NCBI GenBank assembly: GCA_964016885.1
Contig: OZ024743.1
Location: forward strand, 365,056,001-365,120,000
DNA: 64,000 nt
Direction of reading: 5' to 3'
DNA from: Eledone cirrhosa
Lineage: Eukaryota
Shown here: one piece after another, positions 13,549-26,444 of the stretch
Layout of the letters: the number at the start of each line of letters is the position of its first letter
How positions within the stretch are numbered: position 1 is the stretch's first letter
The notes under the pieces: generated by a model
What the model was told of the DNA's origin: nothing
What the model saw: only the letters and a program-made list of their open reading frames with translations
Database searches by the model: none
Position numbers and translations under genes: made by a program

Positions 13549-14097
13549 CGGGTCGTCGGCGACTAAACCGGCAACCCAACCAAGTTCACTTGGTTAGGAG
13601 GGTGATTTTGGACACCCTGCAGGACAAAAAACAAAACCTGATAAAGGGCGGAAGAACTCATAAGAGTCAACAGCCATCCAAAAGTGTGTAAATATGTATA
13701 TACACATGTACATATGTATGTATATGTGTGCATGAGTATGTATATGCGCGGGGACATAGAATTAGTCAGGCTGGACACCCGATCGCGCGGTTAAACCACT
13801 GGGAGTGAAGGACCCCTAGCCTTTGTCAGGGCATTCTTCTAGGAGAAGGCAACTCAGGAAACTAGGATAACTCCGATATAAAACCTGCGGCTCAGTAGTT
13901 ACCGATGATGTTGATCTTTTCTTCTTTTCGGTTATAGCTACTGTCGCTCAGAGAGTGGGATTGGCTCAGTGCACAGTCTTTCCTCACTTTAAAAATATCT
14001 TCAAGCACAGGCATTACAAGATAGAATTAATTAATAAGTATTAATAATGGTATATCGTGCAATGGCCATACTCGATAACCAGTGGGCAGCCATCATG
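13549..14097 (+). mobile_element. Structured non-coding interspersed repeat, RTE-5'UTR-like, copy 1
   Basis: Shared with 14757-15228, 16099-16450 and (degenerate) 14110-14340; ctaggagaagg...actccgatataaaacctgcg recalls RTE-clade 5' UTRs (family call is inference). Confidence 0.55.
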
Positions 14098-14487
14098 TAT
14101 GTATGAATGGGCGGGGACCTGGAAATACTCGGTTTGGTACCTAAGCGCCCGGTTAGCCTACCGGGAGTGAGAGACACTATTTCTTGTTTCTAGGAGAAAC
14201 AAAACTCTGAAGTAAAACCTGCGACTCGATGGCAGCCAATGATGTTGACTGGTTCTTCTTTTTGGATACGTCACCATTGTTCACTTAAAAAGCTCCAAAC
14301 ACAGGCAGCACTTGATCTAAACGATTTTCACGTGTGTTGTTAGCATGGCCTTTTCTCTTTTCTTTCACTGCAGCATATGCAGAAAGGAATTTGGGTCCTT
14401 TGCGAGGCTAAAGCGCCATGTTCTTTCCACCCTTGTATGGAAAAAAGCTCAAGGGATGGCAATTTTCGAAACCAAGATGCAGCCATT

Positions 14488-14534
14488 ATGTATGTATGTA
14501 TGTATGTATGTATGTATGTATGTATGTATGTATG

Positions 14535-14565
<31 letters not shown>

Positions 14566-14590
14566 GTATGTTTGTATGTATGTATGTATG

Positions 14591-14621
<31 letters not shown>

Positions 14622-14630
14622 GTATGTTTG

Positions 14631-14661
<31 letters not shown>

Positions 14662-14699
14662 GTATGTTTGTATGTATGTATGTATGTATGTATGTATGT
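14488..14699. repeat. (TGTA)n microsatellite with interruptions
   Basis: Directly visible. Confidence 0.97.
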
Positions 14700-14756
14700 C
14701 AGGCTACTCTTCAGCGCTACTGGTAACATGTAACCCATTACAACCTGTGCATAATT

Positions 14757-15228
14757 GGGTCGTCGACGAGTAAACCGGCAACCCACCAAGCTTGCTTGGT
14801 GAGGAGAGTTGTTTCGGACACCCTGCGGGATGAAAAACAAAACCCTTCAAAGGGCGGAGGAACAAAAAAGAGTCAACGCCCATTCAATAAAGTATTTTTT
14901 TGTGTAACTTGGGACTTCTAGTCTTCATTAAGACATCTCTCTAGAAGGTCACTCTGATATAAAACCTGCGACTTCTGTTGTATCGAATGATGTAGACCAG
15001 TTCTTCCTTTTTGGGTAAATGCATTCGATGTTCAGAGAGTGGGATTGGCTCCGTGCAAAGCCTTTCTTCACTTAAAAAGGCTTCAAGAACAGGCATCACT
15101 TGATATGTGACATTTTTTTGCGATGCAAGATATTGGTGGCCATAGGGAAGATTTAAGCAGGATTAAAAAGCCACGCTCATGTTTAATATCAAGCGATGAC
15201 ACTACTCGAAATCGAGTTGCAGCCATTA
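14757..15228 (+). mobile_element. Structured interspersed repeat, copy 2
   Basis: gggtcgtcgacgagtaaaccggcaaccc...; tcagagagtgggattggctc shared with copy 1. Confidence 0.55.
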
Positions 15229-15245
15229 TGTATTATGTATGTATG

Positions 15246-15932
15246 CCTTTCTTTCTCTTAATTTCGAGTACATTTTTTACCGGCCACCTTCCTGGTGGCA
15301 AGGTTTTGAAAGAAAAGAAATTGTCATCACCCGAATCGCAAGAAATTTTTTGCAAATTTTGAAGGTGCCAGCTATCGCAGCCATTTGTAGTCTATGAATT
15401 AGGGAGCTGCGCTTTTTGTCCACAAATCCAAGTTCAGTTATACTTTGGTTCAAGTGGGTTGGTATATAAACTGTAGCTCCAATAATGATGGGTATGAAGC
15501 TGAAAGTGTATCTTGGCTACTGGATCTGCAAACTCCCCATCAATAGTCCGTAGTTGTCCTCCTTCTATTGTATTTTTCTTACAACGTTGACATCAAGTAG
15601 GCAGCTGATCTCTACAACAGCCGTTTTCAATTTGTGGTCTCAAACAACAATATCAGGCCGGTTGTGCTTTAATTTGGTGGCAGTTTTTCTTTTCAGGTTC
15701 CACCAGAATTCTTTAGTATCAACTATCACAACATGTTTTCCTGAGTGAGCTCCAGATGGTTCTAGCTATCATATCGTGTCTCATAGGGAGGTAGTAGCGA
15801 GACGACATTCTTTCGCAGTTGGTAATAATGTGGCTAACATCTTCGATCTTTGTTTTACATTTATTGTCGACTGATGGCCCTCCTCTTTTGTGTAGCAGAT
15901 ATTTGGTAGGGATTTCTTGTTCCCGTATTGCA
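15246..15932 (-). mobile_element. 3' fragment of R4/Dong-like non-LTR retrotransposon (zinc knuckle + restriction-like endonuclease), pseudogenised
   Basis: Minus-strand translation: EQEIPTKY...DNKCKTKIEDVSHIITNC...RHDMIARTIW...FWWN...KHNRPDIVV*D...VVEISC...IPIIIGATVYIP; matches 18760-19260 (+). Confidence 0.85.
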
Positions 15933-16098
15933 TATGTATGTATGTATGTATGTATCTATGTATGTATGTATGTATGTATGTATGTATGTATGTATGTATG
16001 TATGTATGTATGTATACACATGTACATGTGTATACATACATACATACATGTATGTATATGTATATGTGTATATACATGGGTGCATGTGTATGTATATG
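15933..16098. repeat. (TGTA)n microsatellite
   Basis: Directly visible. Confidence 0.95.
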
Positions 16099-16450
16099 CA
16101 CGGGGACATAGAAATAGTCGGGCTAGACACCCGATCGCGCGGTTAAACCACTGGGAGTGAAGAACTCCTAGCCTTTCTCAGGGCATTCTTCTAGGAGAAG
16201 GGAACTCAGGAAACTGGGATAACTCCGATATAAACCCTGCGGCTCAGTAGTTACTGATGATGTAGATCTTTTCTTCTTTTCGAGTTATAGCTACTGTAGC
16301 TCAGAGAGTGGGATTGGCTCAGTGCACAGTCTTTCCACACTTTAAAAAATATCTTCACGCACAGGCATTGCACGATAGAATTAATTAATAATTATTAATA
16401 ATGGTATATCATGCAATGGCCATACTCGATAACGAGGGGGTAGACATCAT
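16099..16450 (+). mobile_element. Structured interspersed repeat, copy 3 (close match to 13747-14097), followed by (TGTA)n to 16523
   Basis: cggggacatagaa...acacccgatcgcgcggttaaaccactgggagtgaag...gcaatggccatactcgataac present in both. Confidence 0.7.
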
Positions 16451-17071
16451 GTATGTATGTATGTATGTATGTATGTATGTATGTATGTATGTATGTATGT
16501 ATGTATGTATGTATGTATGTATGCACAAAATGATTTAGGAAAACCCACCAACGAAGTGGTTCAATGATCACCACACTGTTTATCGCTAATTTCATTGAGA
16601 AAGACATGAACTTCTCTAATTCCCCACTTCACCATTTTTAACGAGCCATGAATATATGTAATAAATGTTTATTATGGTTAGAAAAATAACTGCTCATTAA
16701 GGAGAGAGAGACGGCCAATTAGTCTCATTAATTGATTCAACCAGCTATCTTTATAGCGCTGTTTGCCTCGAATTCAAGATCTTTTATTGCTTCATTGAAA
16801 CATATGTTGATTTAAAGTTTATAGAGACGACATTTATATAGTATGTTATTATTTTGCTTCAAGGAAAACTAAACACGATGTTAGTGAAAGCCAGCGTTTT
16901 ATTATCGAGCGCCAAGTTAATCCGAACGAATCAAATGTAGAATTTGCTTAAAACCCAATCAATCTTCTTTCCTAATAAATTAATGAAGAGCTGCAAAGTG
17001 TGATAACAAGTGTTCTTAGAAAATAAAATAAACAGTACAAGTTGCATTTAATATCATGGATCATGATAAAA

Positions 17072-17177
17072 ACATACATACATACATACATACATACATA
17101 CATACATACATACATACATACATACACATATATACATATATATACACATATATATAAATATACAAATACTTACATAC
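17072..17177. repeat. (CATA)n microsatellite
   Basis: Directly visible. Confidence 0.95.
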
Positions 17178-17179
17178 GG

Positions 17180-19262
17180 TTGGATGGAGAAAATATCTAG
17201 AGCACACAAGAACTTCCCCAATGGTTATCAACTACTTCTACTATCTTCACCCACAAATATCCAAACCATCCTTGCTAAAAATTACCGCTTAATATCCCGC
17301 AAGAACATCATGTATACACTGGGTGCCTCAATCTGCTCTTGCAGGATCATTGTGCCACCAACAACATTATAACACCTGAGCAAGATGGTGGAAAGAAGAA
17401 GGTGTAGGGCTGCATAGATCAGCTACTAATTAACAAAATGATTTAAGAAAAAACAGTAAAGAATCGCTGGAACTAGACTGTAGTGTGGCTCCACTACCCG
17501 AAGGCTTTTGATAGTATACAACATGGATGGCTTATCAAAGATTTACAGCTAGCCAAAATCCCACAACCACTAGTAGCTGCTAGAAAACGCCCGACTAAGA
17601 CTTGGTACATCACTTTGTTCCTTAGAAGTTATAAGGAGCAAATTGAGTCTAATAGCATCCACTATGAAAACGGCATCTTTCAGGGAGATAGCCTGACAAT
17701 ACTCCTTTTCACCCTTTCATTAAACCCACTATCATACCTACTCACAAAACATAGTGGCCATAAAAAGAAATCTAGAAGTATCTTCCATCTTTTCTTTATC
17801 GATCACCTGAAATTGTATGGGTCAAATATCAACGACATAAAAAATAATTGACCCTCATTTCCCAATTTTCTACAGACATTGAATTGAAATTTGGTGAGTC
17901 CAAATGTGCATTTCTGACAGGTGAGAATGTCAGATACGATAGACTCATAAATAAGGAGAAGACCAGGAATGAATAACTCAGGCGAGTAAAGAGAATATGG
18001 TCATCAGAAGTCTCAGCATACAACAAACACATTGCCCATCATACGTTTGCTGTGCCCATTCTAACATCAATAATTGGCCTGCAAAATTGGTCATTGCAAG
18101 AATTGAATGAGGTGGATGTAAGGATTCTCAAGCTATTCAGAGTTAATGCAAACTTTAACATCAATAGTGATGTGGATAGGCTATATCTCTCACGCAAGTA
18201 GGGTGACCGGGCCTAAATCCATATTAACATCATGCGAGACCCACATAATAACACTGAAGCAACAGCTTCAACAGAAGAAAAAGGTCAGCAGCCATCTTGC
18301 TCAGGTATATGAGCATGAACATAATAATTGTTTCTACTTTTTGGCACAAGGCCAGCAATTATCCCAGTGTATTACTGGTACTTTATTTTATAGACCCCGT
18401 AAGGATGAAAGGCAAAGTTAACCTCGGCGGGATTTGAAGTCAGTCCGTAAAGGGAAGTAACTCTTTGTTGCAAAGCATGGCGTCCGACCCTCTATCGATA
18501 CTGCCAATCCACCGCCCGAGCATGAAAATAATAATATTGTTAGGATAGAAGAGAGACAAGAAATAAAATCTGATACAAATCTCTCTCCCAGGAACATTGG
18601 AAAACTTTACTCAATGTTCGAACAAAATAAAAGAAAATGGACCAATTCACTGAGAAGGTTGTACATGAGTACTTGTGCCGAGAAACGTAGAACATTGTGG
18701 GAATAAACCATATTAAAAGCCTGACAAGTTCATAACAACCCATCATGAAGGATATCTCTATACAATCCAAGAAGAAATCGCCATCAAGAAACTACTGTGC
18801 AAAATAGGAAGGTCATCAGTTGACAATAAATCTAGACTATGAAAAACAAAGGCTGAAGATGTTAGCCACATTATTGCCAACTGTGAAAGAATGTTTTCTC
18901 ATTACTACCCACCTCCCCGAGGAATGATGCGATGGCTAGAACGATCTGGAATGCATTACGGAAGACGAAAATAATATCAAATAGGAAGGAATATGTTGAG
19001 ACTGATGGCTCAAAAGAATAATGGTGGAATCTAAAAATAAAACCTGCCATCAAATTAAAGCACAACCATCGTGATATTGTTGTTTAGAAGCAAACATTAA
19101 AAGCATACTCTGCTATAGAAGTCAGCTACCCACTTGATGTGAATGTGGTAAGAAAAATGCAAGAGACCATTTCTGAGGAGTTTGCAGATCCAGTATTCTT
19201 CAAGATACACGTCATTACTGGAGCTACAGTTTATATACCAACCCATCTGGACCAAAGTATAC
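17180..19262 (+). mobile_element. Decayed R4/Dong-like non-LTR retrotransposon (RT, zinc knuckle, RLE)
   Basis: RT motifs KNYRLI, GCIDQLLINK, YPKAFDSIQHGWL, GIFQGDSL, HLFFIDHLKLYG; C-terminal [34 protein letters not shown]; many stops and frameshifts. Confidence 0.9.
18329..18517 (-). mobile_element. OK-type SINE nested in the LINE, with 18-bp target-site duplication
   Basis: tactggtactttattttatagaccccgtaaggatgaaaggcaaagttaacctcggcgggatttgaa; flanks gagcatgaacataataat (18311) and gagcatgaaaataataat (18518). Confidence 0.9.
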
Positions 19263-19302
<40 letters not shown>

Positions 19303-19307
<5 letters not shown>

Positions 19308-19440
19308 CAACAATAACAACAACAAAGCACATCTCCCAATAGTAGTTCATAGGTGGATAGAGAGATAGAATGATAGATAGGTAAATAGGCAGACAGATAG
19401 AGAGAGTGTGTGGAAGAGAAAAATAAAGTGAAAGAGATAA

Positions 19441-19495
<55 letters not shown>

Positions 19496-19541
19496 AACAA
19501 ATAAGACCCCGACGGCTGAGCTCAAGCCGTTTCGACGGCTA

Positions 19542-19636
<95 letters not shown>

Positions 19637-19661
19637 ATATATATATATATATCTATATATA

Positions 19662-19745
<84 letters not shown>

Positions 19746-19793
19746 ATTAGCCGTCGAAACGGCTTGAGCTCAGCCGTCGGGGTCTTATTTGTT

Positions 19794-19826
<33 letters not shown>

Positions 19827-19964
19827 TTATCTCTTTCACTTTATTTTTCTCTTCCACACACTCTCTCTATCTGTCTGCCTATTTACCTATCTATCATTCT
19901 ATCTCTCTATCCACCTATGAACTGCTATTGGGAGATGTGCTTTGTTGTTGTTATTGTTGCTTTT
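19303..19964. repeat. ~660-bp near-perfect palindrome centred on a (TA)n tract
   Basis: 19303-19548 is the reverse complement of ~19739-19964 apart from inner TA-run length and one substitution; the ~190-bp spacer is itself almost all TA. Confidence 0.95.
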
Positions 19965-20314
19965 GTCCGAAGATAGATACATCGGTAAATACACATAGAC
20001 AGGCAATAGACTGACACTCAGACAGATAGAGAGGTAAGTAGTTAGACAGGCTGATGGACAGGTAGGTAGCTAGGTAGATATGTTGGTAGATCGATAAGTA
20101 TGTCGATAGGCAGGTACATAGATAGATAAATATACAGATAGCTAGGCAAACATACAGCTAGATAGACAGATAGATAGACAGTTGGGTAGATAGATATATA
20201 GACAGATAGACATATTTATAGTCCGAAGATATATATTTAGGTAGGTAACTATACATGGCTGATGTTTGACTAATGTCCATCTTGTGAACAGTGTTGTGTG
20301 TGTATGAGTAAGGG

Positions 20315-20317
<3 letters not shown>

Positions 20318-20407
<90 letters not shown>
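20318..20407. repeat. (GA)n microsatellite
   Basis: Pure GA run. Confidence 0.98.
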
Positions 20408-20410
<3 letters not shown>

Positions 20411-20524
20411 GGGAGGTATGAGAGAGGGAGATGGGGAGGTGAAATTACTATTCAGGTAACAAATCTAGCACAAAGTGGTTGTCACAAGACACCTGCATTT
20501 TTTGTATAAAGATATACATATATA

Positions 20525-20552
20525 CTAGTATATTACCCGTAAAAATGATGGG
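20525..20552 (-). mobile_element. Probable Helitron 3' terminus
   Basis: Minus strand: cccat catttt t acggg hairpin, then taatata CTAG|T; 5' end not located. Confidence 0.45.
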
Positions 20553-21329
20553 TTTATAAGGAAAAAAAATTAATGATTACTTGATTACAACACTCTATGT
20601 AAAGATGCTTGAATCATCGATTATCCATAACCTTTTCCGCCTTGTCACTCTAGCCATTTCCGTATTTCCTTTTAATTTCATTTAAATCAAATAGAATACA
20701 TTTGTTCCATATTTACTTTACTCAATATCAAACATACCCACACTAAAACTAAATTAGAATGATTTTACCCTTTCTCTCTCTTTCTATATATATCTCTCTC
20801 TAACTATTTATCTATCTACCTATCTTCGGACTGCCATCGGGTTTCGTGCTTGGTGGCTGTTGTTATTGTTGTTGTTCTTCTTATCCGAAGATAGATACAT
20901 TGGTAAATATATATAAACAGATGAATAAATAAATAAATAGGTAGATAGATAGCTAAATATAGACAGACAGTGGGACAGATAAATAGATATATAGATAATA
21001 GATAGTTAAACAGACATGTAGACGGATAAGCCGACAAACAGACAGACAAACAGACAGTACAACAAACAAACAGACAGAGTGATAGCTAGCTAATTAGAGA
21101 GAAGCTGATGTTTTTATTGTCCAAAGAAAGACAGAAACATAGGTAGATAGCTATAGATAACTGCTATTAAACTACTGGCAATATAGATGATGAATATACA
21201 GTATTTTGTCAACACTTTGTGACAGAGAAAGAAGTAGTTGAGGAAGATATTAAACACATACATGCTCAAACTACAACTTCTCAAACAAAGCTATTACAAA
21301 GTGGTTGACACGTGTCCTTGGGTTTTATA

Positions 21330-21382
<53 letters not shown>

Positions 21383-21751
21383 AAAGAGAGAGAGAGAGAG
21401 ATGGAGAGAAAGTATAGGAAAAATGAAGACAGGGAGAGAGAAACTAAAATATCGACGTTATTCAATGTTTATGTAATAAAAATAAGTTATCAAATGTTTA
21501 GATTATTGGGGGAAGAAAAATACTTAATTTTTTCCTTTACATTTACTATACATATTTTAAATTCTGTATTTTGAGTGATTACTAAACATCTAGAATGAAG
21601 GTAATACGATGTCTGCAATTAGTATTTAATGTCAATAAACTTCATACTAGATACACTGGAAATCTTATTTTTTGCTTTAAAAAATGAAAATTATTTGCTG
21701 GAATCGTTCCATTTCGTGGAAGGTCGACGATGTTGAGTTGATATTTTAGCT

Positions 21752-21922
21752 GGTTATATTAAAGATATAGTCAAATGTTATTTAGTTAAACATTGGTTAT
21801 ATTAAAGATATAGTCAAATGTTATTTAGTTAAACATTGGTTATATTAAAGATATAGTCAAATGTTATTTAGTTAAACATTGGTTATATTAAAGATATAGT
21901 CAAATGTTATTTAGTTAAACAT
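21752..21922. repeat. 43-bp tandem repeat, ~4 identical copies
   Basis: ggttatattaaagatatagtcaaatgttatttagttaaacatt at 21752, 21795, 21838, 21881. Confidence 0.97.
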
Positions 21923-22980
21923 CTTCAGTTCAGCTACATTTAAAATTTGCTTTTATGCATTTGGGAGTGATAAAAAAACAAATTATAGCCGCCACCCGTA
22001 ATCGAAGTTGACTTTGAGGCATGTACCAACGAGCTCTCGACCTTCTTTTATATGTTCTATTGGAAAAACCCAATTGGAAAAAACAAGAGAGCGTCGTCGG
22101 TGCTGGGCTGATCAATTTTTTAGCAACCCCAAAAAGATGAAATGCAATGTAGAACTCGACGGGATCTAAACGCAATGCAATCTATCCATCGCTTTAACGG
22201 CTCTGCAAAATCAACCGCTTTGGGAATGAGAAAGTATTAGTAATTTATACTTATGAATCTCCTTCCCTCTTCACAGTTGACTTCTTTTTGACCTAGTCAA
22301 AAGAAATTAATATTTTGATTGATTTGTATCATTTCAAGAAATTGGTATTGATAAGTAATTTAATTAAATTAGAAAAGAATGTACATATAACCCATAAAAG
22401 ATTGTTGAATGGGGCGAATTATGCAATGCTTGGAAATTTTTGCTGACATTCTTTTACAATTATTATTGTCGAATAGCTGATTGCATATAAAATGTCCTCA
22501 TGTAGTCTTTTTCAATTATAAGAGGTATGTATATAGATTGTGGAGCATTTTATGTAATGAAATTCTGTGTAAATTAGATGAGAATGGTTCCCATTCAACA
22601 GTATAAAAATTTAGTAACTAGAAACTGCAAAAAACTGTGACTTCCCACTAAAAAGACAGAGTTACTTCTGTTCTAAATAAATTTCAACAATTTACATAGT
22701 GCCACTTCTTACATAACTCAATGGAACAGCTATTACTGAGACCAAACCAATGTGCGCTTGTCCCAATTTCTATACTGTTGAGCTCGGCTTGCCGTCAACC
22801 CCACATCCTGTTTCCTTTATTTTGAAAACAAAGCCCTAACCTAAAAATATCATAAAATATAGGGTAAAAGTGTAAATCATTTTGTTTTGTTTTTTATTGC
22901 TTTTTGCATTTCTCATTTACATTATACCGACTTTATCCAAACAACACACACACACACTTGATAAGACAACGTTAGATGTT

Positions 22981-23638
22981 ATATACAGCCATAATAATGA
23001 TTTTTAGTATAGTCACAAGGCCTAACTTTTTTTTGAGGGGGGGGGGGGGGATTAAATCGACTCCAGTACATTACTGGTGCTTTATTTTATCGATCCCGTA
23101 AGGATGAAAGGCAAAGTTAACCTCGGCTGGATTTGAATTCAAATCGTAAAGGGTCGTAACTCTATGCTGCAAAGCATCTTGTTCGACTCTCTACCGATAC
23201 TGCCAATCCACCGCCCTATATACAGCCATAATAATAATTGTTTCTACTTTTGACCCAGTGTATTACTGGTACTTTATTTTATCGACCCCGTAAGGATGAA
23301 AGACAAAGTTAACCACAGCGGGATTTGAACTCAAACCACAAAGGGCCGTAACTCTATGCTGCAAAACATGGTGTCCGCCCCTCTACCGATACTGCCAATC
23401 CTTATAATAATAATGGTTTCTTATTGAGACACAATTCCAGCAATTTTGGGGGAGGGGAAAGTCGATTAAATCGACCCCAGTTCATTACTGGTGCTTTATT
23501 TTATCCCTGTAAGGATGAAAGGCAAAGCAACCTCGGCTGGATTTGAACTCAGATCATAAAGGGCCGTAACTTTGTGCTGAAAAGCATGGTGTCCGACTCT
23601 CTACCGATACTGCCAATCCGCCGCCCTATATACAGCCA
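22981..23638 (-). mobile_element. Three head-to-tail OK-type SINEs
   Basis: Three copies of tactggt.ctttatttt...gtaaggatgaaag.caaag...gatttgaa...ctctaccgatactgccaatcc; atatacagcca(taataat) at 22981, 23218 and 23628. Confidence 0.9.
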
Positions 23639-24210
23639 TCTATAATATAATAATAGGAAGAGTGTGGGACAGCGTCCGTTTTATAATTTTTTATCCCGTT
23701 AGTAAAATAAGTTGGATTACTTTGAATAAATAATAAGTGAATATTATGTAATTTATCTACTAAATTTCGAAGCTCTTGATTAAACATAAATATTCTTATA
23801 TATAAAATATTGCTCATTTTAAGATTCACTTCTTTAAAATTTTCAAATGTCAACACTTCCGGTTAACGTCCGTTATATTATAACACTTATTACATCGCTT
23901 ATATAAACATTCATATATTTGCATCGTTATATAAGGTTTATATTTAGGTAACTCATTTTCTACTTTTTCATTTTCATAGCGTTTTAGTTTATTATATATG
24001 AAGTTTATGTATAATATCGTCTTTTGTTAATGTCTCATGGATTACTTTACTGATTACAGAGGAGAGTGTAACACAGACTTCGTTCAATTTCTGTGCATAT
24101 TTCTGTGCATTTGACGTATCATATCTACATGCATATATATTTGCATATAATATCACTGTGCACACTACACACGCTAGCAGAAAAACCCATTCGGATGATT
24201 TTTCTGCTAG
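23639..24210 (+). mobile_element. Complete 572-bp non-autonomous Helitron
   Basis: Starts A|TCTATAATATAATAATAGG, ends ...ctagcagaaaaa cccattcggatga tttttctgCTAG|T; no TSD; removal restores atatacagccA|Taataataat. Confidence 0.88.
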
Positions 24211-24413
24211 TAATAATAATAAAACAAACTAAAGAAACTTGGTAGCACTTTCTACAAGTTAATTATCATAAACATTTTACACTGAATTAAGTATAAATAA
24301 AAATAGTCTGAATAATTGGTAAGCCGTCACTTACAACCACCCAACAACAATACGTCACTGAATCCTTCATTCCTATCTGTTCGATTCTTACTACAACGTT
24401 TTTCGTCTATTTA

Positions 24414-24611
24414 CAATGGTCGGCTGACAAGTTCATTGACTGACCAACATACTCTCATGGAATGACCAAATGAGGTTTATTTTTTAACATAGTCTCTGGA
24501 AAGAAACAATGCAATTATCAATAAGAAGAGTTGAAATTAATGCATGCAAGATTTCGCAGCTCTAGCATCACTCTTTCATAGTCAGCCTATGAACTTTTCA
24601 GCCCAACCTCG
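24414..24611. mobile_element. mariner/Tc1-derived MITE (~200 bp)
   Basis: Imperfect ~31-bp TIRs (caatggtcggctgacaagttcattgactgac / gtcagcctatgaacttttcagcccaacctcg), TA on both sides. Confidence 0.8.
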
Positions 24612-24832
24612 TAAATCAGCAAGTTGGCTACCACACAACACTCTACCCACCATGATGTACCCATTTCTTTTATATTCATCATCTTTATTACTGCCCACAT
24701 TCCAAATTATGCACCAAAAACTATGCACCAAAAATTTTGCACCAAAAACTTTGCTGCCGAGAGTATATTTAATCTGGAAACAATCTGATGAGACTCGTGC
24801 TTGTAGTTTTCTCTAAGTTAGCCAGTTTACAG

Positions 24833-25140
<308 letters not shown>

Positions 25141-25552
25141 TTATACATATATGCGTGTGTCTGTGTGCGTGTGTATGGACTTTGAAAAATCTCTTGATTT
25201 AATATATCTACTTAGCGTAAAGCTCTAAACGTTGGTTTATTCGGCATTCACATAACTTATCTCTCTTTCTCGACATGCGCACACAGATATTTATCTGGAC
25301 AAGAGATCTATATGTTGTGAAAAAATAAAGCGTAGGGAATAGCGTTAATTGATTGAATTAATACCTGGTATCTAATTCTGATAATATTTAAAGTTTAACA
25401 CCTGGATGGTTAAATGATGCTGGTGGCGGTGGTGGTGGTGGTGGTGGTGGTGGTGGTGGTGGTGGTGGGGGGGGATAGATCTGTAAAGGGTTGAAGCATT
25501 ATAGAAGATCTAATGCAATGATATTCTCTGCACTAAAAGCTGCAACTAAATA

Positions 25553-25657
25553 AACAGCTATAGCAGCAACAGTAGCAGCAACAAAAACAGCAACATTAGC
25601 AACAACAGCAGCAGCAGCAGCAACAACGACAGCAACAGCAACAGCAGCAGTAAGAGT

Positions 25658-25688
<31 letters not shown>

Positions 25689-26292
25689 ACGACAGCAGCA
25701 GCAACAGCAGCAGTAACAGCTGCAATAGTAACAGCAACAACAGTAGCAGCAGCAGCAAAAACAGCAACAACAGCAGCAATAGCAGAAGCAGCAGCTACAA
25801 CAGCAACAACAGCAGCAACAATATCAGCAACAACAGCAGCAACAGCAGCAACAGCAGCAACAGCAGCAGCAACATCAGCAACAACAGCAACAACAGCAGC
25901 AGCAGCAACAGCTGCAACAACAGCAGCAGCAACATCAGCAACAACAGCAACAACAGCAGAAACAGCAGCAGCAGCAGTTACAGCAGCAACATCAGCAGCA
26001 ACAGCAACACCAGTAGCAGCAACAGCAGCAACAGCAGCAACAACATCAGCAACATCAGCAACAACAACAGCAACAGCAGCAGCAACAGCTGCAACAACAG
26101 CAGCAGCAACATCAGCAGCAACAGCAACACCAGTAGCAGCAACAACAGCAACAGCAGCAACACCAGCAGCAGCAGCAGCAGCAGCAGCTACAGCAGCAGC
26201 AGCAACATCAGCAGCAACATCAGCAGCAGCAGCAACAGCAGCAACACCAGCAGCAGCAACACCAGCAGCAGCAACAACAGCAGCAACAACAT

Positions 26293-26326
<34 letters not shown>

Positions 26327-26410
26327 TGCAACAACAGCAGCAGCAACAGCAGCAGCAACAGCACCAGCAGCAGCATCAGCAGCAGCAGCAGCAGCAATAG
26401 TCTCAGCAGA
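25553..26410. repeat. (CAG/CAA)n trinucleotide mosaic
   Basis: ~850 bp of mixed cag/caa. Confidence 0.95.
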
Positions 26411-26444
26411 TGATGCTGATAACGAACGACACTTCTTCTGGCCA

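Noticed and set aside
16246-16296. agtagtta-CTGATGA...tagctact as a hammerhead
   Set aside because: Flanking stem present but no GAAA box; the other copy has CCGATGA
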